This document shows, one piece after another, positions 29,701-41,469 of a DNA stretch of 64,000 nt. The stretch comes from Paragordius varius (lineage: Eukaryota; Animalia; Nematomorpha): contig OZ176050.1 in assembly GCA_964247055.1 (NCBI GenBank), positions 8,246,001-8,310,000 of the forward strand, read 5' to 3'. Positions within the stretch are counted from its first letter, which is position 1, and each line of letters opens with the position of its first letter. The translations under genes and the position numbers were made by a program. Below the pieces are notes generated by a model. It did no database searches, had not been told where the DNA came from, and worked only from the letters and a program-made list of their open reading frames with translations.

Positions 29701-32700
29701 TAAATAGATATTGACGAAAATTTAAACAATATTTATTTATTTAAATAATATATGATAAATATAAAAAATGATATTTTTTTGTTGTTTTTGGCTCCCTATG
29801 AGGGTCTTATAAAACGGAAAGTTGTTTTCTACATTGAATGATCCGCTATGCAACAAAATTTAGCTATTTCTCCAGGTACTTACAATTTTTAGAAATTAGA
29901 GAGAATTATATATATATATATACATATATACCTTATAACGCTCATGAGCCTTTTATCCACGAAGTTTCTACTGAAATCTGCTTTGGCAAGTTATAACAAA
30001 ATATTTTTACATATGTTTAAAATTACATTTTTTAAAGCGGCTGTTTAAATGGGTATCTTTTTTTTGAGCCAACAACCTAATCTTTATATCTTGACAATAA
30101 TGCCCGAAAATCCTTTCGCTCATATTTTAATAAATAGCTTTGCACCAATTTTTTTCTAAATAGGTTTTTTATATACGACCATTTAAGTTTACACCCGGAT
30201 ATAACTTATTTTAAACACAACTTTGGTTCAGACATGATTCAAAAAACACACCAAAATTTATGCCATCTGCCAAAAAATCTATCGGTTGTCCCATCCATAC
30301 TTCTGAAAATTGGATGGCTCTCATTGATATAACAGCACTAAATTCAAATATGACCATTAATCTATATAAAAAGAAGATGTATATATTTTATTATAAAAGT
30401 TATTTTACATGTTTAACTCTACTCAATAAATTGAAAACTTTGACGGTGTAGATATATGTGATTTGCCATAACTGTTTCAATCAATGAATAATTTAAAAAA
30501 AGGTGAAAATGGGTTAATTATATTTATGGAATGCGTGTCGCGTGTTTACATTAATGTGGTCAATATACTCTAAATAGGCCTACTATGGTGCAGCGTTTAC
30601 TTTAGTAAGCCTAGTATTAGCCGTCAGAAAAGAGTATATTCATAAAATTATGGCGTTTTAGATTAAGGAACTAACCAACATTTGTAATTGTTTACGAAAA
30701 ATTTTTATAATAAAACTATGTTAACCTGTCAAAATTATATTACAAAATTAAAAAAATATTTAATTCTGAGAAAATCAAAGATTAATTTGTTATTATGGTT
30801 TTTTGGAGCCAAATAACAGGAATTACCTTGAATAACATATGGGCATTAGCATCTGTTTCATTTGAGGGGAATGGAATATTTGTACTAAATATCCATAGCC
30901 GTGATTCCAAATGTTGCATTCTGACATAAGCTGAGCTAAAATATCAAAAATATCATAAAGTATAATTGTTCCTGAATAAGCCAACAATTGCATAATAATA
31001 AAAGTTAATAGTGATAGGAAATAAAAACTCATCATGGTTTTTAACCTTTCCCATATAATGGATGCAAAAATGAAAATAAAATTATACAAAATTTGTGGAT
31101 AGCAAAAAGCATTTAAGCTTGCTCGTTATTAAAAGCTTGTCAAATTTAAAATCTTTAGATCATAAAATCATATTTATTCCAAAATAGTTATATAGATGTA
31201 TACTTGGAAATCAGGGTATCATCGTGTAAAATTTTGGTGGTAGGATGTAATTCAAACAATGTGTCGGATTTATTGCCATCGTTAGTAACAGATAAAAAGT
31301 GGCAAAATTTATCTTGCTTGGTATCAGTGTCATTATCCGCCTTAGAAAGTAAAAAAAATAGTTTAGACCAGGGGTGTCCAAATATTTTACAAGGCCGCAA
31401 GAAATTTCACAAAATTAATACAGAATCTAAGTAAATTAGTTTTTTAAAAAGATTTCGAATAGATCTTATCGAATTTTGGTTAAGAACTAGCATAAAATGT
31501 TAAAATAAATGATAGTTTGTGCGGTTTTACGTTTGAAATCTAACAAATTTTTTATAAATGCTCATAGATTTCGACTGCAGCTGAATTTTTTGATCCAAAA
31601 ATGCGGCCCGCAAATCCATTTGTGTTAGATGCCCCTGGCTCAGGAGTACCTTTTTGCTTTTTTTATTAAAGGGTAAGGTCTTAAATTGTCTCAGGACATG
31701 TGAAGGTTTTAACACTACCTAGAGACAATGATGATAAAATTGCGTATTTTTATTCGAATTCTGCCATTCCACACCGGGCCCTACATACTATACGATCGCG
31801 CCTTCTGCCTCAAAAAGTAATAAGGATTTAAAATTTACTAGTATTGTTAAGTATTTTCCCGTTGCCAAATGCCGAAATCTAAAAAGACTGTTCCAGCGTC
31901 CGGCGCATGTGAGAAAAGGGTTTTCGGTTGCAACCTATCAAGAAAAATTTAAGAGATTTTCAAGCGATTATATATTAATCAAATATCGGACAAACACAAA
32001 ATGTGAGAAATTTATTGAATTTTATGCCACATATGCTTAATTATAATAGATAGTACAAATATTTTTTATATATTTGTTTGAATACCAAATTACAACATAT
32101 TGCAAAATTTCCTATGGCTAATTAAGATTTTATTATAAAAAATGCCTTATTTGTTGGATGCGTTTATATTTATTAATAAAATTATAGAAAGAGTGTTCTA
32201 TTTCCTCGTTTCAATTAATAATTATTTCAAGTTTATTGGAATTATAATTTTGTTAAAATATAATTTGATTTATTTTTTAGTTGTTATTAGCACCCTTGTT
32301 ACAAAGAACCTATTAGATCAGCTCTATGAATGGCCTTTGTATTGAGATCATTAAGTTGGTTCTATATTTTTTTATAGTGTATTTGTGATATTGGATTGGG
32401 AGATACAATTAATAGCAGATGATTTATATCAACTCCCGATCTTTTTTGCAATGAATAAATGTTGTTTTAACGCAATATTGGGTTTTTAACTTGAAAATAT
32501 ATTTAACAAAAAACTATCTTATTGAATTTCCAATATCATTGCCACATTTGAAATTAACTTTTGCATGTCTAATCTACGTTTTCCCCTATATCATTTTTTT
32601 GAATATATACGGGTAATTTTTGGGCATTTTATTTGTCGTCTCTAATAAAATCCCCACCATCTATTGTCTAGACAGGTTATTTGTAACTTAAATCAACTGT

Positions 32701-35700
32701 TAAACACTAGTATTTATCTAATCTCTACAAAATATTGAGTAATATATATACCCAAGGTGACCAGATTTTTTGAAGGAAAAAGCGGGACAAATCTAAGAAA
32801 GGGAAGGGCATGGGGGGGGGGATACAACCAAAAAATTTTAAACAAAAATTTATTGTAATATTTCATTATTTTTAGCACAAATACAATATAAATATAAAAA
32901 AATATTTTATTTTTTGGTATATTTTTTATTTTAGTGAATGCGTTTAGCAGATTGTCATCATTTTTTAAAATATTGTGGAAGTCTTCACAAGAATTAGTCA
33001 AATTATATTTGAGAGATAAAATGGCCTTTAAAGTTTCAACATTTAAATTTGATTTCTCCGATGTCCACACCTGATTTACTTTGGAAAAAACGCGCTCAGT
33101 AGCAGCGTTAATTCCAGGTAAAGATATTGCGAATTCCACAATTTTTAAAATATTATTGTATGATGAAATATTTCTAACCATTTCTTTTCTTTCTGTTGTC
33201 CATAATTTAAGTTTTTCGTTATTAATATTTTTTAACTAATGATACTTCAGAAAAAGGATCATTTTCTGAAAGATTACATTTTGGGAATTTTTGGGAGATG
33301 CAGATGTAATCAAATGATTTTTGAACATCGTACCAATTAAATTCAGGTTTTGATGTTATCGAATGAAAATCATCAATTTCATCGAATTGCTTCCAAATAA
33401 TCTTTACAGTTGGTATTAAACATTATTATATGGTGGAGGATATTTTAGCGATTTATTAAGCCTTGTTTTTCTAAATTATTAATAATATTGCGGATGGTTA
33501 ATGGTATAAAATTATTTTCTAACCTTTCTTGACATTGGAATTTTAAGTTACTAACTTCATTGGCTACTTCGATTGCCGAAATTTTGTCACCTTCTATCAA
33601 TTTAATAACACTAGACAACAAATTTTAACTTTTTTTAACTGCCATTCTTGTAAATTTAAAATTTATTTCATTAAAGTACATAATTAGTATATCTGAAAAG
33701 AAAATTGGTCTAGCATGGAAGAACTTTTTTATATTAGAGTTTATCGATAATTTTTGGCCCCGATTTAACATTAAACTCAAAATTTCGAAAATTAAAAGTT
33801 TTAGATATGAAGCCATGTATTTTATATCATTCGAAAGAGCGCAAAAAACTGCATCTTTTAAATGGTAGTAAGTCATTTAAATCCATCGGATGTAAAAGTT
33901 ATTTGGATTTAAATGGTCGAAATTTTCAATCCATAAATAAGTCAAGAATTTTCACAGACAAACTAATTTGAAAATATAAATTATTTTAATATAATTATTA
34001 GGGTTATATTAATATTTAATTTTAAAAAAATGTTTGAAAAAGCTTTTGGTTTGCTTTTTTAATAAAAATTATTATTATCATAAATATTTTCCCTAGTGGA
34101 TATTAAAATGCATAGTTATAACTGTAAATTTTATACATAATGGATATAAAAGATCAAAAATACCTTAAACTTTGTTTTTATCTTTAAAATTTCGAAATTA
34201 TCAGCCTTATAAAGAAAATAAATTAATATTGATGAGATGGTAATTTTTAAAAAACAAAAAACTTAAAAATGGTTGTTTTGAGTGATATAAAAGCAATAAA
34301 AAAATGTTTTATTCAAAAAAACTTTCTTGTGTTATTTTTTTTGGACATTCATCACCATCTAAACAAAGTTTGAGCTATTTTCATCCATTAGTTTTAAAAA
34401 TATAATAATTAAAAAAAATGCTCTCGCTTCGCGCGTTTGTCGCTCTTTGTGTCCAATAATAACTGTCGATGTAATACATATTAGTATACATTTTATAGAG
34501 TTTTTATTACTCTTTCGAATGATATATTACAAATGGGCATTACTTGTATTTTCAAAGAAAAATATTTTTTAGTAAAATTTTGATAAAGAGAGCGCATAAT
34601 CAAAAAAATCAAATTATACAAAATTCTTCCAACGAGTTATATTTTTTATTTCAGATTTACTGTTAAAATGATACTAAATATCAGAAAATTCAAAAAACTC
34701 GAGTGGCAGAAAAATTTGTTGTCCAGTGTAACATTTTGAAAGAGAGAAGCTTGATTATATAAGAACTCTAACCATATTTTTAAAGAATAACTTTCAAAAA
34801 ACTTTTCCAAAGTTGTAGGACATTTGTCCCGTGATAAAAAATAGGATTTTAAAGGATCATACATTTTAAAATTCTTTCGATAGCTGAGAGCTAACCAACG
34901 AGTTTTACAATATCCAAGCATTTTTTGATATTGAACTTCTGCATTTTCACAGAATTCCTTTAGCGCTTCAAAGCGTACCGTCTATATTAAAATAGGAATA
35001 TATTTTAACAACTACATTTTTCACATCTAGGGGTAACAAATCAGCAGTTTGAATAGCTTTGTGTATTATACGCGCTGCACACCCAACGCCAATAATGTTT
35101 TGATTAAGATTATCTGCTATATTTTGAAAAATATTTTTTGTCCCTCCTTCCTTTTCCACCGAAGTTCGTATTGGTGTTGTCAGCGCAATATGCGATGTTT
35201 TTGTCTTTAAAATTATTTTTTTCTAGAATATTTATTATTTAGTAAAAAGGCATTGTATACAATGGCTTCAGCCTTTGTACGGGCACACGTGATTTTTTAT
35301 TGAATAAGGTGCGAATAACCTGTGAGATGCAATCCATAGATCTAAAGGATAGATTGTGGTTAACGGCGTGGAAAGATAAAACGCCTTCGGCTAGTGCCAA
35401 ATTCTTTTCTTCCTCTCCAAAAGCGGTTTTTCGATAAAAATCCCTCATTTTGTAAGATGATGCCGCCATATCTAAACATTTTTTATGTTTCTGTGATTCC
35501 ATATGCTTTGTAATTTCATGCTTGCCGCCATGTGCTAGGGGGAATTCCCCCCATAAAAAAATTCAACAAATGATTCATTCTTCGTTTTTTTTATAAAAGG
35601 AAATTCTTATATTTATTCATCGTTTAATTTACAACCTCTTTTTATACTCATATTACTAATATTAGTATAAAAAATATTATATTACCTTAGTTTTCTGGCG

Positions 35701-37511
35701 TAAACGTATAAGCTACCGATTTGTGGTATTAATTTGTCTTTTTGATAATCTTGACAGTAGGAGTAGGAAGTGTATAATCATATGATATAAATTCGAAAAA
35801 AAATAAATATTTTTAATTTAAAAATAAAAAATTTTAATTTAAAATTGAAATAGATTTTAAAAATAACTAATGATAAAATATAAAACGGATAAAAAATAAA
35901 TTTTTTATAAAAATTTAAATGTATTTTAAAAAAATTTTTTTATGATCGTGAAAAAGCGGGACATTTCAAAGACGCGGGACAAAGTGTGAAAAAGCGGGAC
36001 GTCTGGTTACCCTATATATACCAGATATATATAACTCATATCATGTAAAGGCAAAAAAACTGCTTGAAGCGTAAAAGTTATTGCACATTTTTTGAAGGTA
36101 GCATTTAAGAAATCCGTTAAATATAATAGATGGTTGTCCTTTATGTATCTTACATATAATTATTGTCATTCTAATAATATGCGAAAATAAAAATTTAATT
36201 CATTATGACCAACTTCAATTTCCCACAGAGCCTTTGAACTGGTGGCCGAAGTAGCAGTAACTCTTCCCGTCGAGCGTAAGAATACATTAAATTGATTGGA
36301 CGAAGTTTCGTCACAGGTGAGAAATTTTTGTTGTTCTGAGTGAAATAATCGGATAACATCGCCCTTTATTATTAATATAGATTTGGAAAAACTTAAATGC
36401 GTTAAAAAAAATATATATAAACTACTATTAATTACATATTGCGTACCCCCTTTATCGTGTTATTGATATTTTCTTTTTGTTGTAAGTAAAGAATTAATTT
36501 CCAATTAGTGTTTGATTTAATGGCATTTATCTACAATAAAAAATAATATATAACTTTATTTATTCTTTTTTAATTAAAAGAATATAAAACTTCTTTGCAC
36601 AAATTGTGATCTGGTAAATCGCAAGGACTAACGTGCATTTCCTGATTTGCAGAAACAGATACGAATATAACTTTATCTCCAATAACAACCTAGTTTGCGT
36701 ATGATTATAAAATAAAATTAGTAATAAAATTATTGATTTAAATAATCATATAAGATACATTGTCTCCCAAACTTCTTAATTTATAGTAGGGTTGGATAAA
36801 AAACCATGAGCCCTCGTTTCCATCGCAATCTAAAGAAATGCGCATAGCGTTTCTTTCTACTATGGCTGGGAGGCGTTTGTTTACGGTAACATACTTATTG
36901 CTCATAACGTGCAATAACTAAAAAATTTAATTTATAATAATATAATATTTAATTGAATGTTTAAAGATTATCAGATAATAATAATAATAGTAATGAGATA
37001 TCGATTACAAACCTGAACAGAGTTGCCATATTGAACAATTGTTCCTAAACTTTTTATTTTTTCTTTATCATTCTGTATAATTTCCATATCTGCCGCTTGC
37101 TTTAATAAATCATAATATATAAATATTAATGTTATTATAGTACACTTAAAAATATTAGGAAATAAAAATTGAATTATACTTTTAATTTATTTGTGAGTAT
37201 TTTGTCAGAATTTAGAATATTAGAAAGAAAGCCATTTCCAGTTTCATGTATTTTATAATACTGTTTTTGAGCTGCATATCGGTTTAGAGGAAGAACTTTA
37301 AAAGTAAATGCTATGCACATTAAATATATAATAAATACTTCTGATATTATTTGGCTTAATATCAATTTTATCAAAACAGTAATTTAGGGTGCAGCGATCA
37401 TCGATCATTCTAAAATTATATTTAAATTTACCCCACAGCCGTCATATATCCAAAAATATTTTCATCAAATGACAAAAGAATAGTATCTCCAATATGCAAA
37501 AATGTACTCAT
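8420..37511 (-). CDS. ITPR: Inositol 1,4,5-trisphosphate receptor, about 2980 aa, about 60 exons
   Basis: Exons 5'->3': 37432-37511, 37339-37409, 37180-37310, 37013-37099, 36759-36917, 36591-36689, 36447-36530, 36214-36363, 31839-31934, 31204-31340, 30827-30935, 29190-29350, 28179-28326, 27641-27802, 27181-27353, 26962-27115, 26600-26697, 26469-26573, 25727-25888, 25422-25569, 25240-25384, 24948-25159, 24239-24438, 23997-24147, 23530-23964, 23240-23452, 22126-22248, 21864-22064, 21236-21391, 20895-21071, 20347-20472, 20185-20319, 19630-20028, 19372-19492, 18274-18449, 18015-18163, 17719-17818, 17604-17690, 17454-17570, 16915-17013, 16785-16890, 16609-16722 (uncertain), 16439-16581, 15920-16120, 14249-14359, 14126-14221, 14009-14101, 13671-13820, 12952-13144, 12748-12870, 12135-12307, 11839-12003, 11352-11649, 11161-11271, 10847-10954, 10592-10773, 9674-9839, 9437-9597, 8541-8705, 8420-8467 (uncertain; otherwise the stop is at 8514). 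Total 8943 nt, in frame. Hallmarks: MSTFLHIGD start, [10 protein letters not shown]3 ligands ([22 protein letters not shown]), [12 protein letters not shown], filter [11 protein letters not shown]6 [29 protein letters not shown]. Confidence 0.97.
12384..12693. mobile_element. Old hAT-type MITE in ITPR intron 50
   Basis: Ends CAGGGATTGGAACCGTT / CAGGGGTTGGGATCGAACCGTT; no TSD preserved. A related end lies near 23103-23118. Confidence 0.55.
18688..19197 (-). mobile_element. Diverged MITE copy in ITPR intron 34
   Basis: TTAACACTTGG.. and ..GAATCAAAGTGTTAA ends; internal AAAATGGCGTCGAAGTAG shared with 45222-45240. Confidence 0.75.
24520..24726. mobile_element. GC-rich MITE-like remnant in ITPR intron 22
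   Basis: Repeated GGCGCCC motifs ending in CTAGCTACGCC, resembling hAT-type non-autonomous termini; the left end was not found. Confidence 0.4.
31369..31637. mobile_element. Old hAT-type MITE in ITPR intron 9
   Basis: TIRs CAGGGGTGTCCAAA / CAGGGGCATCTAAC with internal GGCCGC motifs; no TSD preserved. Confidence 0.6.
32753..36014 (-). mobile_element. hAT DNA transposon with a decayed transposase, in ITPR intron 8
   Basis: TIRs CAAGGTGACCAGA / TAGGGTAACCAGA; perfect 8-bp TSD TATATACC (32745-32752 and 36015-36022); subterminal AAAAGCGGGACA repeats. Transposase remnants: BED-like [35 protein letters not shown]. Frameshifts and stops are present. Confidence 0.92.
33609..34728. mobile_element. 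CACTA/CMC-like non-autonomous element nested in the hAT transposase
   Basis: 18-bp TIRs CACTAGACAACAAATTTT / CACTGGACAACAAATTTT and a 3-bp TSD TAA (33606-33608 and 34729-34731). Removing it restores the transposase reading [14 protein letters not shown]. Confidence 0.82.
37410..37431 (-). other. 22-nt GT-AG intron (ITPR intron 1), the shortest of a tiny-intron class
   Basis: GTAAATTTAAATATAATTTTAG. Removal joins TAVG|MIDDRC (canonical TLG|LVDDRC); retention gives an immediate TAA. Confidence 0.88.
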
Positions 37512-37607
37512 AAAAATCGTCTGCAATTAATTTTTAAATTGGCTATCTATAAAATACGATAAACCCATATGGTAAAATATAATAAATGGAAGGGGCATTT
37601 TAATATT

Positions 37608-37766
37608 ATAACACTTCGATTCAAATTGGCATCGAAATACCCCACAGAATATTCAAGTTGATATTTTTAAAAAACTACCCGAAACGTTTTGCTTAGTAGT
37701 TTTTTAAAGATATTAACTTTAATATAGTCTGGGGTAATTAGATGCCCCAATTTAAATCGAAGTTAA
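37608..37766. mobile_element. Hairpin derivative of the MITE (two left ends head-to-head), about 100 bp upstream of the ITPR ATG
   Basis: CACTTCGATTCAAATTGG..AAAAAACTAC arm, a short spacer, then the inverted arm GTAGTTTTTT..CCCCAATTTAAATCGAAG-TTAA. Confidence 0.75.
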
Positions 37767-38174
37767 ATCCAAATAAAGCAAACATCTGAATTTAAAATCA
37801 CTATGTAAGGGGAATTTTTTATTCGAGCATTATTTATATTTAATTGTCGGTTTGGAAGGAAAAAAATTTATATGCGAAAATACAATTTTAATTTTTAAAA
37901 TATGAATATGCCAATCGTATAGAAAAATATAAAATTTGGCCCAATTTATTAAATATTATGTTATTCAAATTATCAATCGGTCTGGGTTATGCAAAACTAC
38001 CCTCTACATCAGTGGTAAACACGAAATAATTATAAAGGACCTCAAAATTATCTTGTCATCGACCAGATAATACCGATAAAAATTTTATAGCTGCTTGAGA
38101 AAAAGCACTGGGTCTTCATGGGACCCGTGAGGCAGGGTTGAGTGTCCTCGCACTACACAATAAAAAATATCCTG

Positions 38175-38177
<3 letters not shown>

Positions 38178-38222
<45 letters not shown>
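38178..38222. repeat. (TA)n microsatellite; others at about 7287-7303, 9253-9287, 14744-14778, 22252-22277 and 44719-44750
   Basis: Seen directly in the sequence. Confidence 0.95.
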
Positions 38223-38224
<2 letters not shown>

Positions 38225-38786
38225 CAGGCAGCTTTTTTAAATAAAGTTTTTTACTACTTTTTATAGTAATTCCAAAATAAATCGGAAAATTAACGCATAT
38301 TATGATAAAATTTTTGGTTATAATCTTAAATCTATATGAAATATAAATATTCTGATGGGAAAATGTATCAGAAAAATCACGGAGGGATTTGAGAAAGTTA
38401 TTTACACTTTTGTAGTAGCTGGTCCATACACTGCGTTTATCGGGAGTTATATAGTTATGACATATATATTCTAATAGGAAAATTTAGGATTAGCATGGTG
38501 CTTTTGGATTATTTTCAAAAATATTATAATTTGGAAATTTTTGAGAAATATAATAAAATGATTTTTGAACATCGTATTAATTAAATTCTGGTATTACTGT
38601 AATCCAACAAAAATGATCAATATTATCAAATTGTACCATCCCTTCCGAATAATTTCAAAGATGTACGTACAAAAACTTTTCTAAAATTGCGAACATTTGT
38701 CTTGGAGAAAGTAGCATTTTAAGGGGTCATACATTTTCAAAATTTCTTCGATAACTGGCAGAAAGTACACCAATTCGTTTTACAGC

Positions 38787-40286
38787 TATTAACTATTTGT
38801 CAACTGGCGCGGTCGATAGGATCCGAACCTATGCGGTTCCTTGCATCCGTATAATCCCAAACTACCTATAGTCTTGGAAACCGACGCGTCAATGTCGGGA
38901 TACGGTGCTATTTTATCACATAGAACAACAGCGGGTAATCGCCCGATCGCCTACACGTCAAAAAAATGCTCTCAGGCTGAAGGAAACTATTCAGTAATTG
39001 AGCGAGAAGCAAAATCTATCCTAATAGCGTTAGAGAAGTTTAAAACCTTTTTGTATGGCAGGAAATTTATAATACAAACGGACCACAAACCTTTAGTGAA
39101 ACTATTTGGGCCTCAAAGAGATCTAAGTAAAATTAATAATTGTAAACTAGTACGCTGGATAACTAGAACATCGGTATTCGATTTTAACATAGAATATCAC
39201 CCTGGTACAGAAAACATAGCTGACTGCCTATCGAGACTCCCCATTGAAAACCAGGAGCCGATGGCGTTTGAGAAAGATGATGAAAGTAGCAATGTTCATT
39301 TGATTTGGTCCAACGAATTAAATTTAAATAGAGAAATTATCTATCAAGAGTCTATGAAGGATCCTACTATAGCAAAGTTAAAAGTAGCCCTAAGGTCTAA
39401 TAATTGGACGGACCCCCTGGTCAAGCCTTTCATAGCAATAAAAAATGAAATTGAGGATGCATACGGTCTATTATTTGTGGGAGATCGGGTAATAATCCCG
39501 AACAAAATTAAGCCAGATATTTTAAGATACCTGCATAGTGGCCATCCTGGAATACAAGCCATGAAACTATTAAGCCGTGAAAAGGTTTATTGGCCCGGGT
39601 TGAGCCAAGATATCGATAAATGGGTGCGTAGTTGCCAAAATTGTCAAAGGCTGCGCCCAAATGTACCCGAAAATCCCACCTATCAATGGAACGGGAATAC
39701 AACCTAAACAACAACTTAAACAACAATGATAATAACAGTGAGGAAAAGACTAAAACCTTAACCAACAACTTAAACAACAATGATAATACCCTCCGAAAAC
39801 ATCCCACGGAACATGAAATAAGAACCCCTGAAAACATCCAGGAGAATCCGGAATCAGAAAGTGCGCCTTCAAGTGAGAATACTCCTGTGCAAACAAGTGA
39901 CACTTCTCCTACCACAACTCGCCGGTACCCGATTAGATCCCGAAAGCCACCCGACCGATATCAAGCTTAAGGAAGAAGGTATGTTAAAAGGGTTATCATC
40001 ATACGCAAATTATCTTTCTCTTTTTTAGTGCATAATACACTTTGGTCCTTGTTACGTTAAATATATATATTACCTTGGTTGTGAATGCAAATTATTTTAT
40101 TTATACTATCTTTAACAACGTTTAAACCCCACAACTTTATCCTTGTGAATGCAATAACCAAATTTCCTAATGTATATAAGGAATCATTGTAACACACAGA
40201 ACACATTATATTATATTATTCGGTTTTGATGTTATACTAAATAAATAAATATATCCTTTATAATTTATATTAACTATTTGTCAACA
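38787..40286 (+). mobile_element. Ty3/Gypsy (Mag/K02A2.6-like) LTR retrotransposon relic: 5'-LTR stub, PBS, RNase H, integrase Zn finger, integrase C-terminus, PPT, 3' LTR
   Basis: ORF 38841-39707 carries RNase H (LETDAS, YSVIERE, TDHKPL) and the HHCC zinc finger (LHSGHPG..YWPGL..CQNCQ). C-terminal RRYPIRSRKPPDRY; PPT AAGGAAGAAGG at about 39969-39979; 3' LTR 39982-40286 (TGTT..AACA), whose last 18 nt recur at 38787-38804 just before the PBS. Gag, protease, RT and the integrase core are absent. Confidence 0.92.
38805..38835 (+). other. Primer-binding site, a 31-nt complement of a tRNA-Ser-like 3' end
   Basis: The reverse complement CGCATAGGTTCGGATCCTATCGACCGCGCCA comprises a T-stem ATAGG/CCTAT, a 7-nt T-loop, the acceptor strand, a G discriminator and CCA. 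Confidence 0.85.
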
Positions 40287-40740
40287 GCCAAGTATTTTCT
40301 GAAATTTAACTTCCGCTACTAACACAAAGGAGCGCAAAAAATGATTTTAATACAAAATTTAACTGTATTCTAAAAGGGGACTTTTCATAAACTTAGCGGG
40401 ACGCGGGACAAATAGTAAGAAATCGGCATTATCCCGCCAAAAGCGGGTTGATGAGAGTTATTATGCAAACTTGACTCCATGCACAGTGTCCACAAAAAAA
40501 TAAGCTGATGAAATATATATATTTTGTTAGGAAAATGTATCAGGATTATCTTGGTGCCTTTGGTTGTAAAAAATTGCTAGTGATTATGAAAGTTATTTAC
40601 ACTTTTGTGGTAAGTGCTCCATATCAAAAAATGGCAGAATAAGCACCTTTTTAAAAAATATATAATAAACTACATTTAAAAAGCGAAAAATATTTTAAAA
40701 CTATAATATTTAGATATGGGCTTTGAAATTCCCAATTTTT

Positions 40741-41430
40741 ATTATTACATTACATGTTTTCACTCGTGGGGGTCATGTGAGACAACCTGTCTCGCCATAG
40801 AACTCTTTATTATAGGGTGTTCTGCTTTTGGCTCATATTCTGGTAGCTCTCTTCTTATTGTGTCAATCCATCTTGTTTCAGGCCGCCCACGTCCTCGTTT
40901 TTCTTCAACTATATGCCTTAGCGTATTTGCAATATAATTAAATTCGCCCCTGCCCAAACCAACGTAGCCTTTTTTTTGTCATACTCACTATTGGTTTAAC
41001 ATCTATAACACGATTATATCTATTCTTAACTTTGTCCTTTCTTGCTACCCCCCACATCATTCTGAGCATTTTCACTTCCTAACGTTAAAATGTTTTTCTC
41101 CGCCACGTCGGAGAATTATATATCATTGTGGGTTGAACCAATGAACTGTATATGTTACCTTTCAGTCTAACATCAATATTTGGATCACATAACACGCTCG
41201 AAATTTTTTTCAAATTTATTCAACTGCTCTTACTCAAATTAATATCGTCGGTCAACGATTCATCTGAACTTAACATTGCCCCATATATTTGCACCTTTCT
41301 TTATACCCTTCAAAACCCCCGCATCAACCTTTATTTGATGCTGTTGACCCCCAAAGTAACAAATCAGTTTTTGCTGAGTTTATTTTCAGACCGTTTTCAT
41401 TCAGTATAATAACCCATTTGTTTACCGTTT
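40741..41430 (-). mobile_element. RTE-clade LINE, 5'-truncated, decayed RT C-terminus
   Basis: GLKINSAKT, KYMG, LCDPNIDVRLKGNIY, RGRGRPETRWIDTIRR; 3' end ..AAAACATGTAATGTAATAAT. Confidence 0.85.
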
Positions 41431-41469
41431 AAGTCCCAAATTTATATCGCTCTTCTATAATAGGATATT

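Larger units (their letters stand above)
38550..40450 (-). mobile_element. Second, internally deleted relic of the same hAT family, split by the Gypsy insertion
   Basis: 38556-38660 resembles 33312-33410; 38670-38786 resembles 34797-34912; 40287-40330 continues like 34913-34960. GCGGGAC subterminal motifs at 40395-40450. Confidence 0.75.

Noticed and set aside
38010-38110. CAGTGG..GCACTG as a possible hAT MITE
   Set aside because: The TIR match is poor and there is no TSD.
38805-38835. tRNA-like sequence
   Set aside because: It is only the complement of a tRNA 3' third, includes CCA and sits between U5 and the internal region: a PBS, not a tRNA gene.
39344-39915. Minus-strand ORFs over the Gypsy element
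   Set aside because: They are antisense shadows of the pol frame and of its low-complexity C-terminus.
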